From positions 68,705 through 132,704 of the forward strand of contig NZ_DATBTU010000075.1 of assembly GCF_036559085.1 (NCBI RefSeq): 64,000 nt of DNA. Direction: 5' to 3'. This document shows, piece by piece, positions 1 through 9,477 of the stretch (the stretch's first letter is position 1; the number at the start of each line of letters is the position of its first letter). The position numbers and the translations under genes were made by a program. Source of the DNA: Amnibacterium sp. Its GTDB lineage: Bacteria; Actinomycetota; Actinomycetes; Actinomycetales; Microbacteriaceae. The notes beneath the pieces were generated by a model. The model worked only from the letters and a program-made list of their open reading frames with translations. It was not told where the DNA came from and did not search any database.

Positions 1-745
1 TCGCGGCCTCCAGCACGTAGACCCAGTCGAGCACCTCGGGGAAGAAGCAGGCGCGGTACAGCTCGAGGAACCCGACGACGGGGTCGAGCCCGTAGAGGAA
101 GTGCAGGGTCGGGTTGCCGAGCCTGAACGAGTAGATGACCGGGGCGCCGTAGAAGAGCAGGCGCGTGACGAGCTTCACGACCCGCTCGAGGTCGCGGAGG
201 AACACCGACGCGGGCGCGATGATCAGGTTGATCCCGACCGTCAGCGTGATCTGCAGGATCAGCGCCAGCGGCAGGTAGACCAGGGCCTCGAGCACCGGCG
301 CCTTCTGCGTGATGAGCGCGAAGAAGGCGATCACCGGCAGGCTGATCAGGAACTCGATGCCCTTCGAGGCGATCTGGCGGAGGATCCAGATGCTCCGGGG
401 GATCTTCACCGAGCGGATCAGCTTCGCCTCGGAGCGGAACGCCTTCGTCGCGTCCGAGACGTTGCCGCTGAACCAGGTCCAGGGCAGCAGCGCCGAGAGC
501 AGGAAGACGATGTACGGCTCCTGCCCCGCCTTGCCGTGCGGGATGATCAGCGTGAAGACGAACCAGTAGATCCCGGCCATCAGCAGCGGGTCGATGATCG
601 ACCAGAGGTAGCCGAGGGCGCTCGTCGTGTAGCGGACCTTGAGGTCGCGGGTCGTGAGCAGCCAGAGCGCGTGGCGGTACCGCGTCCAGTAGCCCGGGCG
701 CCGCGACTCACGCACGGTGCGAGGCGCGGTCACGGCTGCGGTCAC
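1..745 (-). CDS. ABC-2 type transporter permease (Wzm/TagG-like), runs off the window edge
   Basis: Manual minus-strand translation: VTAAVTAPRTVRESRRPGYWTRYRHALWLLTTRDLKVRYTTSALGYLWSIIDPLL...FLRDLERVVKLVTRLLFYGAPVIY. RDLKxRY and FxRDL are ABC-2 permease motifs. GTG at 745 with GAGGA upstream. Not in the ORF track. Confidence 0.85.
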   Translation of the reverse strand, partial: MTAAVTAPRTVRESRRPGYWTRYRHALWLLTTRDLKVRYTTSALGYLWSIIDPLLMAGIYWFVFTLIIPHGKAGQEPYIVFLLSALLPWTWFSGNVSDATKAFRSEAKLIRSVKIPRSIWILRQIASKGIEFLISLPVIAFFALITQKAPVLEALVYLPLALILQITLTVGINLIIAPASVFLRDLERVVKLVTRLLFYGAPVIYSFRLGNPTLHFLYGLDPVVGFLELYRACFFPEVLDWVYVLEAA

Positions 746-902
746 GGAGATCCTCACGTGTCGAGGGGGCGATCCGGCACGGATCGGGCGCACGGCGTGG
801 GCGGAGCGCCGGGACGCCATGCTAATCGACGGGCCCGTCGGGGGACGGCTCACCCGTCGGCGCGCCCGGACGCCTCCTGGCCTCGGTTGCTACCGTGCCC
901 GT

Positions 903-2396
903 GTGACCCCTGCAGCCGAGTCGGACCCCGTGGACCGCGATCCGGAGCAGGCGTCCGTCGCGCCGGAGTCGCCCGCCGCCCCGGAGGCGCCGTCCGCCCT
1001 GCCGCCCGTCCCGGCGGAACCGGCGGTCGCAGCGGATGCTGCGGAGCCGCCCACCGCACCGAAGCGGCCCGCACGCGCGAAGGCGGCGACCGGCGACGCG
1101 GCGTCCCCCGAGCGGCCCGCGCGAGCGAAGGCGGTGGCCACGAGGGCCGGCGCCGCGAAGGCCGCGACGGCGAAGGCTCCGGCCGCGAAGCCGGGCTCCG
1201 GCTCCACCGCTGCGAAGCGCACGACCGGCGCCGCGAAGGCCGGCACCGCCGCGAGCCGGGCCGGGGCCGCACCGGGCGAGGCGCCCCCGAAGCGAACGAG
1301 CACGCGGGCCCCGGCCCGCCGCATCGCCGCGGCCGACCAGGCGGCCGACACGGTGCGGGACCGCTCCGGGAAGGCCGGCGCGGCGCGGCCCGCTCCCGCG
1401 GCGGCGGCGGGCGAGGTCGAGGAGACCCGGACCGAGCAGCTTCCCCCGGCCGAGGAGGGGCCGACCAGGGAGCTCCAGCCGACCCTGCAGTCCGAGCCCG
1501 CCGTCGCCGCAGCCGACCGGACCACCGAACTCCTCGCCGTGCCCGACGACGAGCCGACGACCCTGCTACCCGTGGCGGAGCAGGCGCCCCCGCCGGCGGC
1601 CGCCGCATCCGATTCGTCGACGGCCCGCTTCAAGACGCGGCCGGTGCTGAAGATCGAGGGGCTCGCGAAACGGTTCGGCCCCACCCTCGCGGTGGCCGGC
1701 ATCGACCTCACCGTGCAGCCCGGCTCGTTCTACGGGATCGTCGGCCCGAACGGCGCGGGCAAGACCACCACGCTGTCGATGATCACCGGGCTGCTGCGGC
1801 CCGACGCCGGCAGCGTGCACGTGCACGGCATCGACGTCTGGAAGGAGCCGGAGCGGGCCAAGCGCGCCATCGGCGTGCTGCCCGACGCGCTCCGCCTCTT
1901 CGACCGGCTCTCCGGCGCGCAGCTCCTCCACTACTCCGGGGTGCTCCGCGGGCTCGACGCCGCGACCGTGCGGCAGCGCAGCGCGGACCTCGTGCAGGCG
2001 TTCGGCCTCGAGGACGCGACCGGCCGTCTCGTCGCCGACTACTCCGCGGGCATGACGAAGAAGATCGCCCTGGCCTGCGCGATGATCCACTCGCCGCGGC
2101 TGCTCGTGCTCGACGAGCCGTTCGAGTCGGTCGACCCGGTCTCCGCGGCCAACATCGTCGAGATCCTGCAGCGCTATGTGCGCGCAGGCGGCACGGTCGT
2201 GCTCTCCAGCCACGGGATGGACCTCATCCAACGGGTCTGCGACCACGTCGCGATCATCATCGACGGGCAGGTGCTCGCGGCCGGCACCGTCGACGAGGTG
2301 CGCGGCGAGCAGAGCCTCGAGGACCGGTTCGTCGACCTCGCAGGCGGTCGCAAGGCCGCCGAGGGCCTGGAGTGGCTGCACAGCTTCTCGGACTGA
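903..2396 (+). CDS. ABC transporter ATP-binding protein with a ~245-aa low-complexity N-terminal extension
   Basis: Walker A GPNGAGKT, signature YSAGM, Walker B LLVLDEP, H-loop SSH. Start uncertain (GTG 903 chosen; ORF open from 717). Confidence 0.85.
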   Translation: MTPAAESDPVDRDPEQASVAPESPAAPEAPSALPPVPAEPAVAADAAEPPTAPKRPARAKAATGDAASPERPARAKAVATRAGAAKAATAKAPAAKPGSGSTAAKRTTGAAKAGTAASRAGAAPGEAPPKRTSTRAPARRIAAADQAADTVRDRSGKAGAARPAPAAAAGEVEETRTEQLPPAEEGPTRELQPTLQSEPAVAAADRTTELLAVPDDEPTTLLPVAEQAPPPAAAASDSSTARFKTRPVLKIEGLAKRFGPTLAVAGIDLTVQPGSFYGIVGPNGAGKTTTLSMITGLLRPDAGSVHVHGIDVWKEPERAKRAIGVLPDALRLFDRLSGAQLLHYSGVLRGLDAATVRQRSADLVQAFGLEDATGRLVADYSAGMTKKIALACAMIHSPRLLVLDEPFESVDPVSAANIVEILQRYVRAGGTVVLSSHGMDLIQRVCDHVAIIIDGQVLAAGTVDEVRGEQSLEDRFVDLAGGRKAAEGLEWLHSFSD

Positions 2397-2425
2397 CCGG
2401 GCGCTGACCCCGGGGAGTGCGACGG

Positions 2426-2821
2426 ATGCCACGGGTCTCGGTCGGGGTGCTGATCCGCGGCGGGCGGGTGCTGCTCTGCCATCGCGTCGTCGAGAAGGTG
2501 CACGACCCGGACCGGTGGGACTTCCCCGGGGGTCACGTGGAGCCGGGCGAGTCCGACGGCGAGGCGCTCGCCCGGGAGCTCGAGGAGGAGGTCGGCGTCG
2601 TGGTCGAGCCGCCGAGCCGGCCCTGCGACCTCGAGGTGAGGAGAGGCTCCGAACGCCCTCCACAGTCGGCCGCCGAGCGGGCATGCGGGGTGCACCGATC
2701 GCACATTCGGGTCGCGCAGCGGTGGCGCTTCGAACGTGCATCGCTGACGGTCAGCCACTGCCGCACACCCGTCCAGGTCCGCGCATTCGACACGCCGCGC
2801 CCACGCGTTACCGATTTGTGA
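2426..2821 (+). pseudogene. NUDIX hydrolase, probably truncated or degenerate after ~2635
   Basis: Nudix box GGHVEPGESDGEALARELEEEVG is intact. After CDLEV the codons switch to AGG/AGA/CCT/CCA/ATT, rare in this genome, and the protein sequence loses Nudix character. Confidence 0.6.
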
Positions 2822-2844
2822 CCTGACGGAAGTGCTGCTACTTT
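2816..2844 (+). promoter_or_regulatory. SigA-type promoter for the NlpC/P60 gene
   Basis: TTGTGA (2816-2821), 17-nt spacer, TACTTT (2839-2844). Confidence 0.6.
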
Positions 2845-2989
2845 CCACCGGTCGCCGGTCAGCCAGGACCGCGCAGGCGCCCATCACACCGCCGCCCCCC
2901 TCTCTCCGCCGCTGCCCGCCCTCGGCCGCGGAGGCGCTGCCGCACGCCCGTGCGCGCTCGCCGGGCGGCCCGACTGGAAGCTGCTCATC

Positions 2990-3475
2990 TTGCGATCCCT
3001 CGTCACGAAGGTCCGTGTCCTCACCCTCGCCGCCGCACTCGTGGTCGCCCCGGCCGTCACCGTGGCCGCCGCGCCCGCCGCTGAGGCGGCGACCGCGCAC
3101 CACACGCCCGCGCGGCTGACGGCGCTGGCCTACGCGAAGCACAAGCTCGGCGACGCCTACCGCTACGGCGCCGCCGGCCCGAACGCGTTCGACTGCTCAG
3201 GCCTCACCATGCGCGCCTACGGCGCCGCGAAGAAGAGCATCGGCGGTCACTCGGCCACGGCCCAGTACCGCTCCGCCCGCGCGAAGCACCAGCTGCGCAC
3301 GTTCAAGCACGTCCTGCGCGGCGACCTGCTCTTCTACGGGACGACCAGTGACGTCTACCACGTCGCCATCTACGCCGGCGGCGGCAAGATGATCGAGGCG
3401 CCCCACGCGGGCGCCAAGGTCCGCCTCGTGAAGGTGCGCAAGGGCGACCTGCTCTCCAACGTCGCCAACCCTTGA
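2990..3475 (+). CDS. Secreted NlpC/P60 (C40) peptidoglycan endopeptidase
   Basis: Signal peptide ending AEA; YRYGAAGPNAFDCSGL catalytic Cys motif; GDLLFY; HVAIYAGGGKMIEA. Confidence 0.93.
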   Translation: MRSLVTKVRVLTLAAALVVAPAVTVAAAPAAEAATAHHTPARLTALAYAKHKLGDAYRYGAAGPNAFDCSGLTMRAYGAAKKSIGGHSATAQYRSARAKHQLRTFKHVLRGDLLFYGTTSDVYHVAIYAGGGKMIEAPHAGAKVRLVKVRKGDLLSNVANP

Positions 3476-3632
3476 GGCGGTTCGACGCGCATCCCCGCGC
3501 GGGGGCGGCCTCGCTCGCTCCTGACGTCGAGCGGACCCGCCCTCCTCAGAGGCCCGTCGGGCGCCGCCAGTAGGCTTGAGGCCCCGCGAAGTTCCCGCGG
3601 TACCGAAGACCTGATCAGAGGCGTGTTGTAGG

Positions 3633-5201
3633 GTGATCGCGCAGTTCCTCCGCTTGAAGCTGCAGCTGACCGCGAACGCCTTCCGCCGCAGCACCTGGCA
3701 GGTCGTCGGGATCGCCATCGGCCTGCTCTACGGGGGAGCGGTCACGCTGCTGGCCGTCATCGCGCTGATCGGGCTCCGGTTCGTCTCCGTCGCCGTCACC
3801 GGGCCCGTGGTCGTGATCGGCGGCTCGCTGACCGTGCTCGGCTTCCTCGTGGTGCCGCTGCTGCTCGGCGTCGACGACACCCTCGACCCGCGCCGCTTCG
3901 CGCTCTTCGGGGTCGATCGCACCCGGCTCGCGGTCGCCCTCGCGGTCGCGGCGCTCGTCTCCATCCCGTCGATCGTGATCACCCTCGTGTCGCTCGCCAC
4001 CCTCGTGACCTGGGCGCGGTCGCCCGGCGCGTTCGTCGTCGCGCTGCTCGCCGCGCCCTGCACCATCGCGATCTGCGTGCTCGTCGCGCGGATCAGCGCC
4101 GCGGCCGCCGGGCTGCTGCTCGCCACGCGCCGGTCCCGCGAGGCGCTCGCCGGCGTCGCGGTGGTCGGCCTCGTGATCCTCTCGCCGGTCATCGTGCTGC
4201 TCAGCACCGTGCGGATCGGCTCCGCCGGCGCGCACGACGGGGCCGTGGTCGCCGCGGTGCTCGGCTGGACGCCGCTCGGCGCCTCCTGGGCCGCTCCGGC
4301 GACGATCGCCGCCGGACACGCCACGGGCCTCCTGCAGCTGCTCGAGGCGATCGCGACGGTCGGGCTGCTCGCCCTCGCCTGGCGGGCCCTCGTCGCGAAG
4401 ACCCTCGTCTCGCCGACGCGGCACGGCCGGCTGCAGTCGTACAGCGGCCTCGGCTGGTTCGGTCGGCTCCCGAGCACACCGGGCTGGGCCGTCGCCGCGC
4501 GCAGCCTCACCTACTGGAGCCGTGACGTGCGGTACCGGGTGAGCATCCTCGTCGTGCCGATCACGCCGATCGTGATCATCCTGGTCCTCGGCTTCGTCGG
4601 CGTGCCCGGCCCCGTGCTCGCGCTGCTGCCGATGCCGATCATCGCGCTGTTCCTCGGCTGGGTCTCGCACAACGACATCGCCTACGACAGCAGCGCCATC
4701 TGGCTGCACGTCGCGGCCGGGGTGCGCGGCCGGGCGGACCGGCTCGGGCGGCTGCTGCCCGTGATCGTCGTCGGTGTCCCCGTGCTCATCGCCGGCTCGA
4801 TCATCTGCGCGGCGATCTTCGGCGACCTCGTCGCCGGGTTCGGGCTGCTCGGCGTCTCCGGCTGCCTGTTCCTCACCGGCATGGGGCTCGGCTCGGTCTC
4901 GTCGGCCCGCCTGCCATATCCGGTGCCCCAGCCCGGCTCCTCGCCGTTCCAGCAGCCGAACTCCTCCAGCGGGCTGACGGCCGCGGTGCAGTCGCTCACC
5001 TTCCTCGGCCAGTTCCTGCCGGCGATCCCCGCGATCGTGCTCGCCGTGCTCGGCCTGATCGGCCCCGACGGGTGGTTCATCGCGTCGTTCGTCGTCGGGC
5101 TCGCCATCGGCGCCATCGTCTTCGCGGTCGGGCTGCAGCTCGGCGCCCGGGTGTTCGAGGCCCGCGGCCCCGAGATCCTCGCGTCCGCGGTCCGGATGTG
5201 A
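3633..5201 (+). CDS. ABC transporter permease-like multi-pass membrane protein (likely partner of the 903-2396 ATPase)
   Basis: About 12 hydrophobic segments, DDTLDPRRFALF and YWSRDVRY motifs, and proximity to an ATPase that has no adjacent permease. Confidence 0.75.
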   Translation: MIAQFLRLKLQLTANAFRRSTWQVVGIAIGLLYGGAVTLLAVIALIGLRFVSVAVTGPVVVIGGSLTVLGFLVVPLLLGVDDTLDPRRFALFGVDRTRLAVALAVAALVSIPSIVITLVSLATLVTWARSPGAFVVALLAAPCTIAICVLVARISAAAAGLLLATRRSREALAGVAVVGLVILSPVIVLLSTVRIGSAGAHDGAVVAAVLGWTPLGASWAAPATIAAGHATGLLQLLEAIATVGLLALAWRALVAKTLVSPTRHGRLQSYSGLGWFGRLPSTPGWAVAARSLTYWSRDVRYRVSILVVPITPIVIILVLGFVGVPGPVLALLPMPIIALFLGWVSHNDIAYDSSAIWLHVAAGVRGRADRLGRLLPVIVVGVPVLIAGSIICAAIFGDLVAGFGLLGVSGCLFLTGMGLGSVSSARLPYPVPQPGSSPFQQPNSSSGLTAAVQSLTFLGQFLPAIPAIVLAVLGLIGPDGWFIASFVVGLAIGAIVFAVGLQLGARVFEARGPEILASAVRM

Positions 5202-5236
5202 CACCGGGCGAGCCGAGGGCGGCATACCCTTGCCGC

Positions 5237-5503
5237 ATGCCTCGCGACAGCATCTCCGACCCCGGCGGCGGCACCTCGACCCTCGACCGCGAGCTCGAGG
5301 AGCTGCTCAACGGCGAGCAGATCGAGGACGGCGACCACGACCGCTTCGCGCACTACGTGCAGAAGGAGAAGATCGTCGAGTCGGCCGTCACCGGCAAGCC
5401 CGTCCGCGCCCTCTGCGGCAAGGTCTGGGTGCCGGGCCGGGATCCGCAGAAGTTCCCGATCTGCCCCGACTGCAAGAAGATCTACGACACCCTGCGCAGC
5501 TGA
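5237..5503 (+). CDS. DUF3039 family small Cys/His protein
   Basis: GDHDRFAHYV...ALCGKVWVP...PICPDCKKIY matches the actinobacterial DUF3039 pattern. Confidence 0.85.
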   Translation: MPRDSISDPGGGTSTLDRELEELLNGEQIEDGDHDRFAHYVQKEKIVESAVTGKPVRALCGKVWVPGRDPQKFPICPDCKKIYDTLRS

Positions 5504-5518
5504 CGCCGCGGCGTCCGG

Positions 5519-6820
5519 TCAGGCGTCCTGGATCACCGTCGGGATCGCCGGGTCGCCTGCCGAGAGGCGCATGCCCTCGAGCGGCAGCTCCCGGATGACG
5601 ACGGCGTGATGCTCCCGCGCTGCGCGGACGCCCGCCACGCCCATGAAGCCGGCCTCCGGCTGCCCGTCGATCACCAGGGGGACGGTGAGCGGCCTGCCCG
5701 TGCCCGGATCGGGCTCGCCGCCGATCACGACGCGCTCCGCGGTCGCCCTGCCCTCGGCGTCGAGGTCCCGCACCGACCACTTGCGGCCGCCGGTGCCGGC
5801 CTTCTCGCTCGAGCGCTTCGCCACCCGGCGCCAGGCGCCGCTCGCATCGGTGTGCTCCACGAGCTTGTAGACGAGGCCGGCCGCAGGGTGCCCCGAGCCG
5901 GACACCAGCGACGTGCCGACGCCGTACGCGTCGACCGGCATGGCGCCGAGCGTGCCGATCGCGTACTCGTCGAGGTCGTTCGTCACGGTGATGCGCGTGC
6001 GGTGCGCGCCGAGCGCGTCGAGCAGCCGCCGGGCCTCGCCGATCACGACGGGCAGATCGCCGGAGTCGATCCGGATGGCGCCGAGCCGGTCGCCGGCGAC
6101 CCGCACCGCCGTCCTGATGCCCTCGGCGATGTCGTAGGTGTCGACGAGCAGCGTGGTGCCCTCGCCCATCGCGGCGATCTGCGATCGGAAGGCGTCCTCC
6201 TCCGAGTCGTGCAGCAGCGTGAACGAGTGGGCGGCGGTCCCCATGGTCGGCACGCCCCAGCGCCGGCCCGCCTCGAGGTTCGAGGTCGCCGAGAAGCCCG
6301 CGATGTACGCGGCGCGGGAGGCGGAGATCGCGGCCCGCTCCTGCGCACGGCGCGAGCCCATCTCGGACACCGGCCTACCGGCCGCGGCCTGCACCATCCG
6401 GGCCGCCGCGGTGGCGACGGCGCTGTCCGCGTTCAGCACGCTGAGGATCAGCGTCTCGAGCACCACCGCCTCGGCGAAGCTGCCCTCGACCGTGAGCAGC
6501 GGCGAGTACGGGAAGTAGAGCTCGCCCTCGCGGTAGCCGCGGATCGAGCCCGTGAAGCGGTAGTCGGCGAGCCACTCGAGCGTGCGGTCGGACACCATCC
6601 GCTCGCTGCCGAGCCAGTGCAGCGCGGCCTCATCGAACCGGAAGCGCCCGATCGCCTCGAGCAGGCGGCCCACGCCCGCGACGACGCCGTAGCGGCGGCC
6701 GCCCGGCAGGCGGCGGCCGAACACCTCGAAGACGCTGCGACGGTCGGCGGTGCCGTCGCCGAGCGCGGCGTCCAGCATCGTCAGCTCGTAGCGGTCGGTC
6801 ATCAGCGCGGTGCTGCTCAC
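5519..6820 (-). CDS. pncB: Nicotinate phosphoribosyltransferase
   Basis: LMTDRYELTM, GTAAHSF (phospho-His motif), LLVDTYD, IRIDSGD, YKLV. Confidence 0.93.
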   Translation of the reverse strand: MSSTALMTDRYELTMLDAALGDGTADRRSVFEVFGRRLPGGRRYGVVAGVGRLLEAIGRFRFDEAALHWLGSERMVSDRTLEWLADYRFTGSIRGYREGELYFPYSPLLTVEGSFAEAVVLETLILSVLNADSAVATAAARMVQAAAGRPVSEMGSRRAQERAAISASRAAYIAGFSATSNLEAGRRWGVPTMGTAAHSFTLLHDSEEDAFRSQIAAMGEGTTLLVDTYDIAEGIRTAVRVAGDRLGAIRIDSGDLPVVIGEARRLLDALGAHRTRITVTNDLDEYAIGTLGAMPVDAYGVGTSLVSGSGHPAAGLVYKLVEHTDASGAWRRVAKRSSEKAGTGGRKWSVRDLDAEGRATAERVVIGGEPDPGTGRPLTVPLVIDGQPEAGFMGVAGVRAAREHHAVVIRELPLEGMRLSAGDPAIPTVIQDA

Positions 6821-6899
6821 GGCAGCAGCCTAGGGACGCCCGCGCCGCACTCGCCGAGTGCGCCCTCCGACCCCGACATCTCCACGGGGTCCGGGCGCG

Positions 6900-6941
6900 T
6901 TCCGCCATTCCGGGCGTGATAAGTAGCCCGGAATGGCGGAA
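6900..6941. repeat. Perfect 16-bp inverted repeat with a 10-nt loop between divergent genes
   Basis: TTCCGCCATTCCGGGC-gtgataagta-GCCCGGAATGGCGGAA. Confidence 0.8.
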
Positions 6942-7098
6942 GCCGCCCGGGATCGAGGCCGGGCGCCCCCGTACTGGGTACTGCCGAAGCGCCACCCCCG
7001 CTGCATACGCTCGACGGACGCCCGGTGCACCCACGCCGAGCGCTCCGCCGGCCACCCATCCGGTGCAGCAGCCTTTTCCCCGAAAGGTCCATTCCCCC

Positions 7099-7269
7099 AT
7101 GCTCGGATCCCCGAGCGTCGCCGCCCGGCTCCTCGCCGTGCCCGCGCACCGCTCCTCGTTCGTCCTCTGGGACTACGTGCCGGCAGCGGTCGTCGCCGTC
7201 GTGCTCCTCGCCTTCGCCGTCACCCTCGTCGTGGTCGCCACCCACCAGCACCGCGACGTCGACCACTAG
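7099..7269 (+). CDS. Small single-pass membrane protein (56 aa), hypothetical
   Basis: ATG 7099 with GAAAGG upstream; one hydrophobic helix ([22 protein letters not shown]); GC3-rich codons. Confidence 0.55.
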   Translation: MLGSPSVAARLLAVPAHRSSFVLWDYVPAAVVAVVLLAFAVTLVVVATHQHRDVDH

Positions 7270-7309
7270 CCAGGCACCTCCCTCGGTTGCACCGTTAGGC
7301 TTCCCGCCC

Positions 7310-8161
7310 GTGACGGATGCACCGATCGGGGTCTTCGACTCCGGCGTCGGCGGCTTGACCGTCGCCCGCGCGATCCTCGACCAGCTGCCGAACGAGGCGA
7401 TCCTCTACGTCGGAGACACCGCCCACTCGCCCTACGGCCCGAAGCCGCTCGCCGAGGTGCGGGCCTACGCCCTCGCGGTCCTCGACGACCTCGTCGCCCA
7501 GGGCGTGAAGCTGCTCGTCATCGCCTGCAACACCGCCTCCGCGGCGATGTTCCGCGACGCGCGGGAGCGCTTCACGATCGGCGCGGGCATCCCGGTCGTC
7601 GAGGTCGTGCTGCCCGCGGTCCGAGCGGCTGCGCGCCAGACGCGCACGAAGCGGATCGGCGTCATCGGCACCGAGGGCACCGTGCGGTCGAACGCCTACG
7701 TCGACGCGTTCGTCGCGGATCCGGCGATCCAGGTCGTGCAGGCCGCCTGCCCTCGCTTCGTCGACTTCGTCGAGGCGGGCGTGACCACCGGCCCGGAGCT
7801 GTTCGCGGCGGCGGAGGAGTACCTCGCCCCGCTGAAGGCCGCGCAGGTGGACACGGTGCTGCTCGGCTGCACCCACTACCCGCTGCTCTCGTCCGCCATC
7901 CGCTACGTGATGGGGGCCGATGTCGAGCTCGTCTCGTGCGCGGCGGAGACCGCCAACGACGTGTACCAGCAGCTCGTGCAGCACGGGCTGCTGCGCACCG
8001 CCGCCACCCCGCCGCGGCACGTGTTCGAGGCCACCGGCACCAGCGAGGCCGCCTTCCTCCGCCTCGCGCGACGGTTCCTCGGCCCCGAGGTGCCGTCCGT
8101 CGACCTCGTCCACACCGGCGCGATCCCCGTGCCGCCCGCCTCACACGGAGGATCCCGATGA
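7310..8161 (+). CDS. murI: Glutamate racemase
   Basis: [21 protein letters not shown] and LLGCTHYP (both catalytic Cys). Confidence 0.96.
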   Translation: MTDAPIGVFDSGVGGLTVARAILDQLPNEAILYVGDTAHSPYGPKPLAEVRAYALAVLDDLVAQGVKLLVIACNTASAAMFRDARERFTIGAGIPVVEVVLPAVRAAARQTRTKRIGVIGTEGTVRSNAYVDAFVADPAIQVVQAACPRFVDFVEAGVTTGPELFAAAEEYLAPLKAAQVDTVLLGCTHYPLLSSAIRYVMGADVELVSCAAETANDVYQQLVQHGLLRTAATPPRHVFEATGTSEAAFLRLARRFLGPEVPSVDLVHTGAIPVPPASHGGSR

Positions 8162-8892
8162 CCGAACGCCGTGACGGCCGAGCCCCCGACGAGCTGCGGC
8201 CCGTCACCATCGAACGGGGCTGGAGCAGCCAGGCCGAGGGCAGCGCGCTCATCTCGTTCGGGAGCACCCGGGTGCTCTGCACCGCCTCGTTCACCAACGG
8301 CGTGCCCCGGTGGCTGCAGGGCAAGGGCCGCGGCTGGGTCACCGCCGAGTACGCGATGCTGCCGCGCGCGACCAACGAGCGGAGCGACCGCGAGAGCGTG
8401 AAGGGTCGCATCGGCGGCCGCACCCACGAGATCTCGCGCCTCATCGGACGGGCGCTCCGCGCCGTCGTCGACACGAAGGCGCTCGGCGAGAACACGATCG
8501 TCCTCGACTGCGACGTGCTGCAGGCCGACGGCGGCACCCGCACCGCGGCGATCACCGGTGCCTACGTCGCGCTCGCGGATGCCATCGCCTGGGGCCGCGA
8601 GCAGCGCTTCCTCGGGCAGCGCTCGCAGCCGCTCGTCGACAGCGTGGCTGCGGTGTCGGTGGGCATCATCGACGGCGTCCCCATGCTCGATCTGGCATAC
8701 ACCGAGGACGTGCGCGCCGAGACCGACATGAACATCGTCACGACCGGCCGCGGCCTCTTCGTCGAGGTGCAGGGCACCGCCGAGGGCGCCCCGTTCGACC
8801 GTCGCGAGCTCGACGCCCTGCTCGACCTCGGCGTCGCCGGCACGGCCGCGCTGACCGCGCTGCAGCTCGACGCCCTCGGAACCGGGTCGTGA
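8158..8892 (+). CDS. rph: Ribonuclease PH
   Basis: [44 protein letters not shown]; ATGA overlap with murI. Confidence 0.96.
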   Translation: MTERRDGRAPDELRPVTIERGWSSQAEGSALISFGSTRVLCTASFTNGVPRWLQGKGRGWVTAEYAMLPRATNERSDRESVKGRIGGRTHEISRLIGRALRAVVDTKALGENTIVLDCDVLQADGGTRTAAITGAYVALADAIAWGREQRFLGQRSQPLVDSVAAVSVGIIDGVPMLDLAYTEDVRAETDMNIVTTGRGLFVEVQGTAEGAPFDRRELDALLDLGVAGTAALTALQLDALGTGS

Positions 8893-9476
8893 CCGCCGCC
8901 GATCGCTTCCCGCGCATCGTGCTCGCCACCGGCAACGCCCACAAGCTGGCCGAGCTGCGGGCCATCCTCGAGCCGCTGCTGCCCGGCGTCGAGCTCATCG
9001 GCTACGACGGCCCGTCGCCGGTCGAGGACGGCGCCACCTTCCTCGCCAACGCGCTCATCAAGGCGACCGCCGCGAACGCCGCCACCGGGCTGCCCGCGCT
9101 CGCGGACGACTCCGGCATCGCCGTCACTGCGCTCGGCGGCGCCCCGGGCATCCATTCGGCCCGCTACGCCGGCACGGGACGCGACGACGACAACCGCGCG
9201 CTGCTGCTCAGCCGGATGGCGGACGAGGCGGATCGCCGGGCGCACTTCGTCTGCGCCGCGGTGCTGGTCGCCGGTGATGAGCGGTACGAGGTCGAGGCCG
9301 AGTGGCCGGGCGAGGTGCTGCGCGAGCCCGAGGGCGACGGCGGCTTCGGCTACGACCCGCTGTTCCAGCCGTCGGGGGAGCACCGGTCGGCGGCGGCGAT
9401 GACCGCCGAGGAGAAGAACGCGGTGAGCCACCGCGGCACGGCGTTCCGCGCGCTCGCGGCGCAGCTGGACGCCTGA
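8889..9476 (+). CDS. rdgB: Non-canonical purine NTP pyrophosphatase (RdgB/HAM1)
   Basis: [30 protein letters not shown]. Confidence 0.95.
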   Translation: MTAADRFPRIVLATGNAHKLAELRAILEPLLPGVELIGYDGPSPVEDGATFLANALIKATAANAATGLPALADDSGIAVTALGGAPGIHSARYAGTGRDDDNRALLLSRMADEADRRAHFVCAAVLVAGDERYEVEAEWPGEVLREPEGDGGFGYDPLFQPSGEHRSAAAMTAEEKNAVSHRGTAFRALAAQLDA

Positions 9477-9477
9477 G

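Noticed and set aside
2845-2989. c-di-AMP (ydaO) riboswitch before the NlpC/P60 gene
   Set aside because: The conserved GCTGAATCC, GGAACGGGGGAA and CCGTCAGCTAACCCGGTAGG-type segments are absent.
3596-3632. Possible IS terminal sequence (TCAGAGGCGTGTTG) before the permease
   Set aside because: No matching second end, target duplication or transposase fragment was found.
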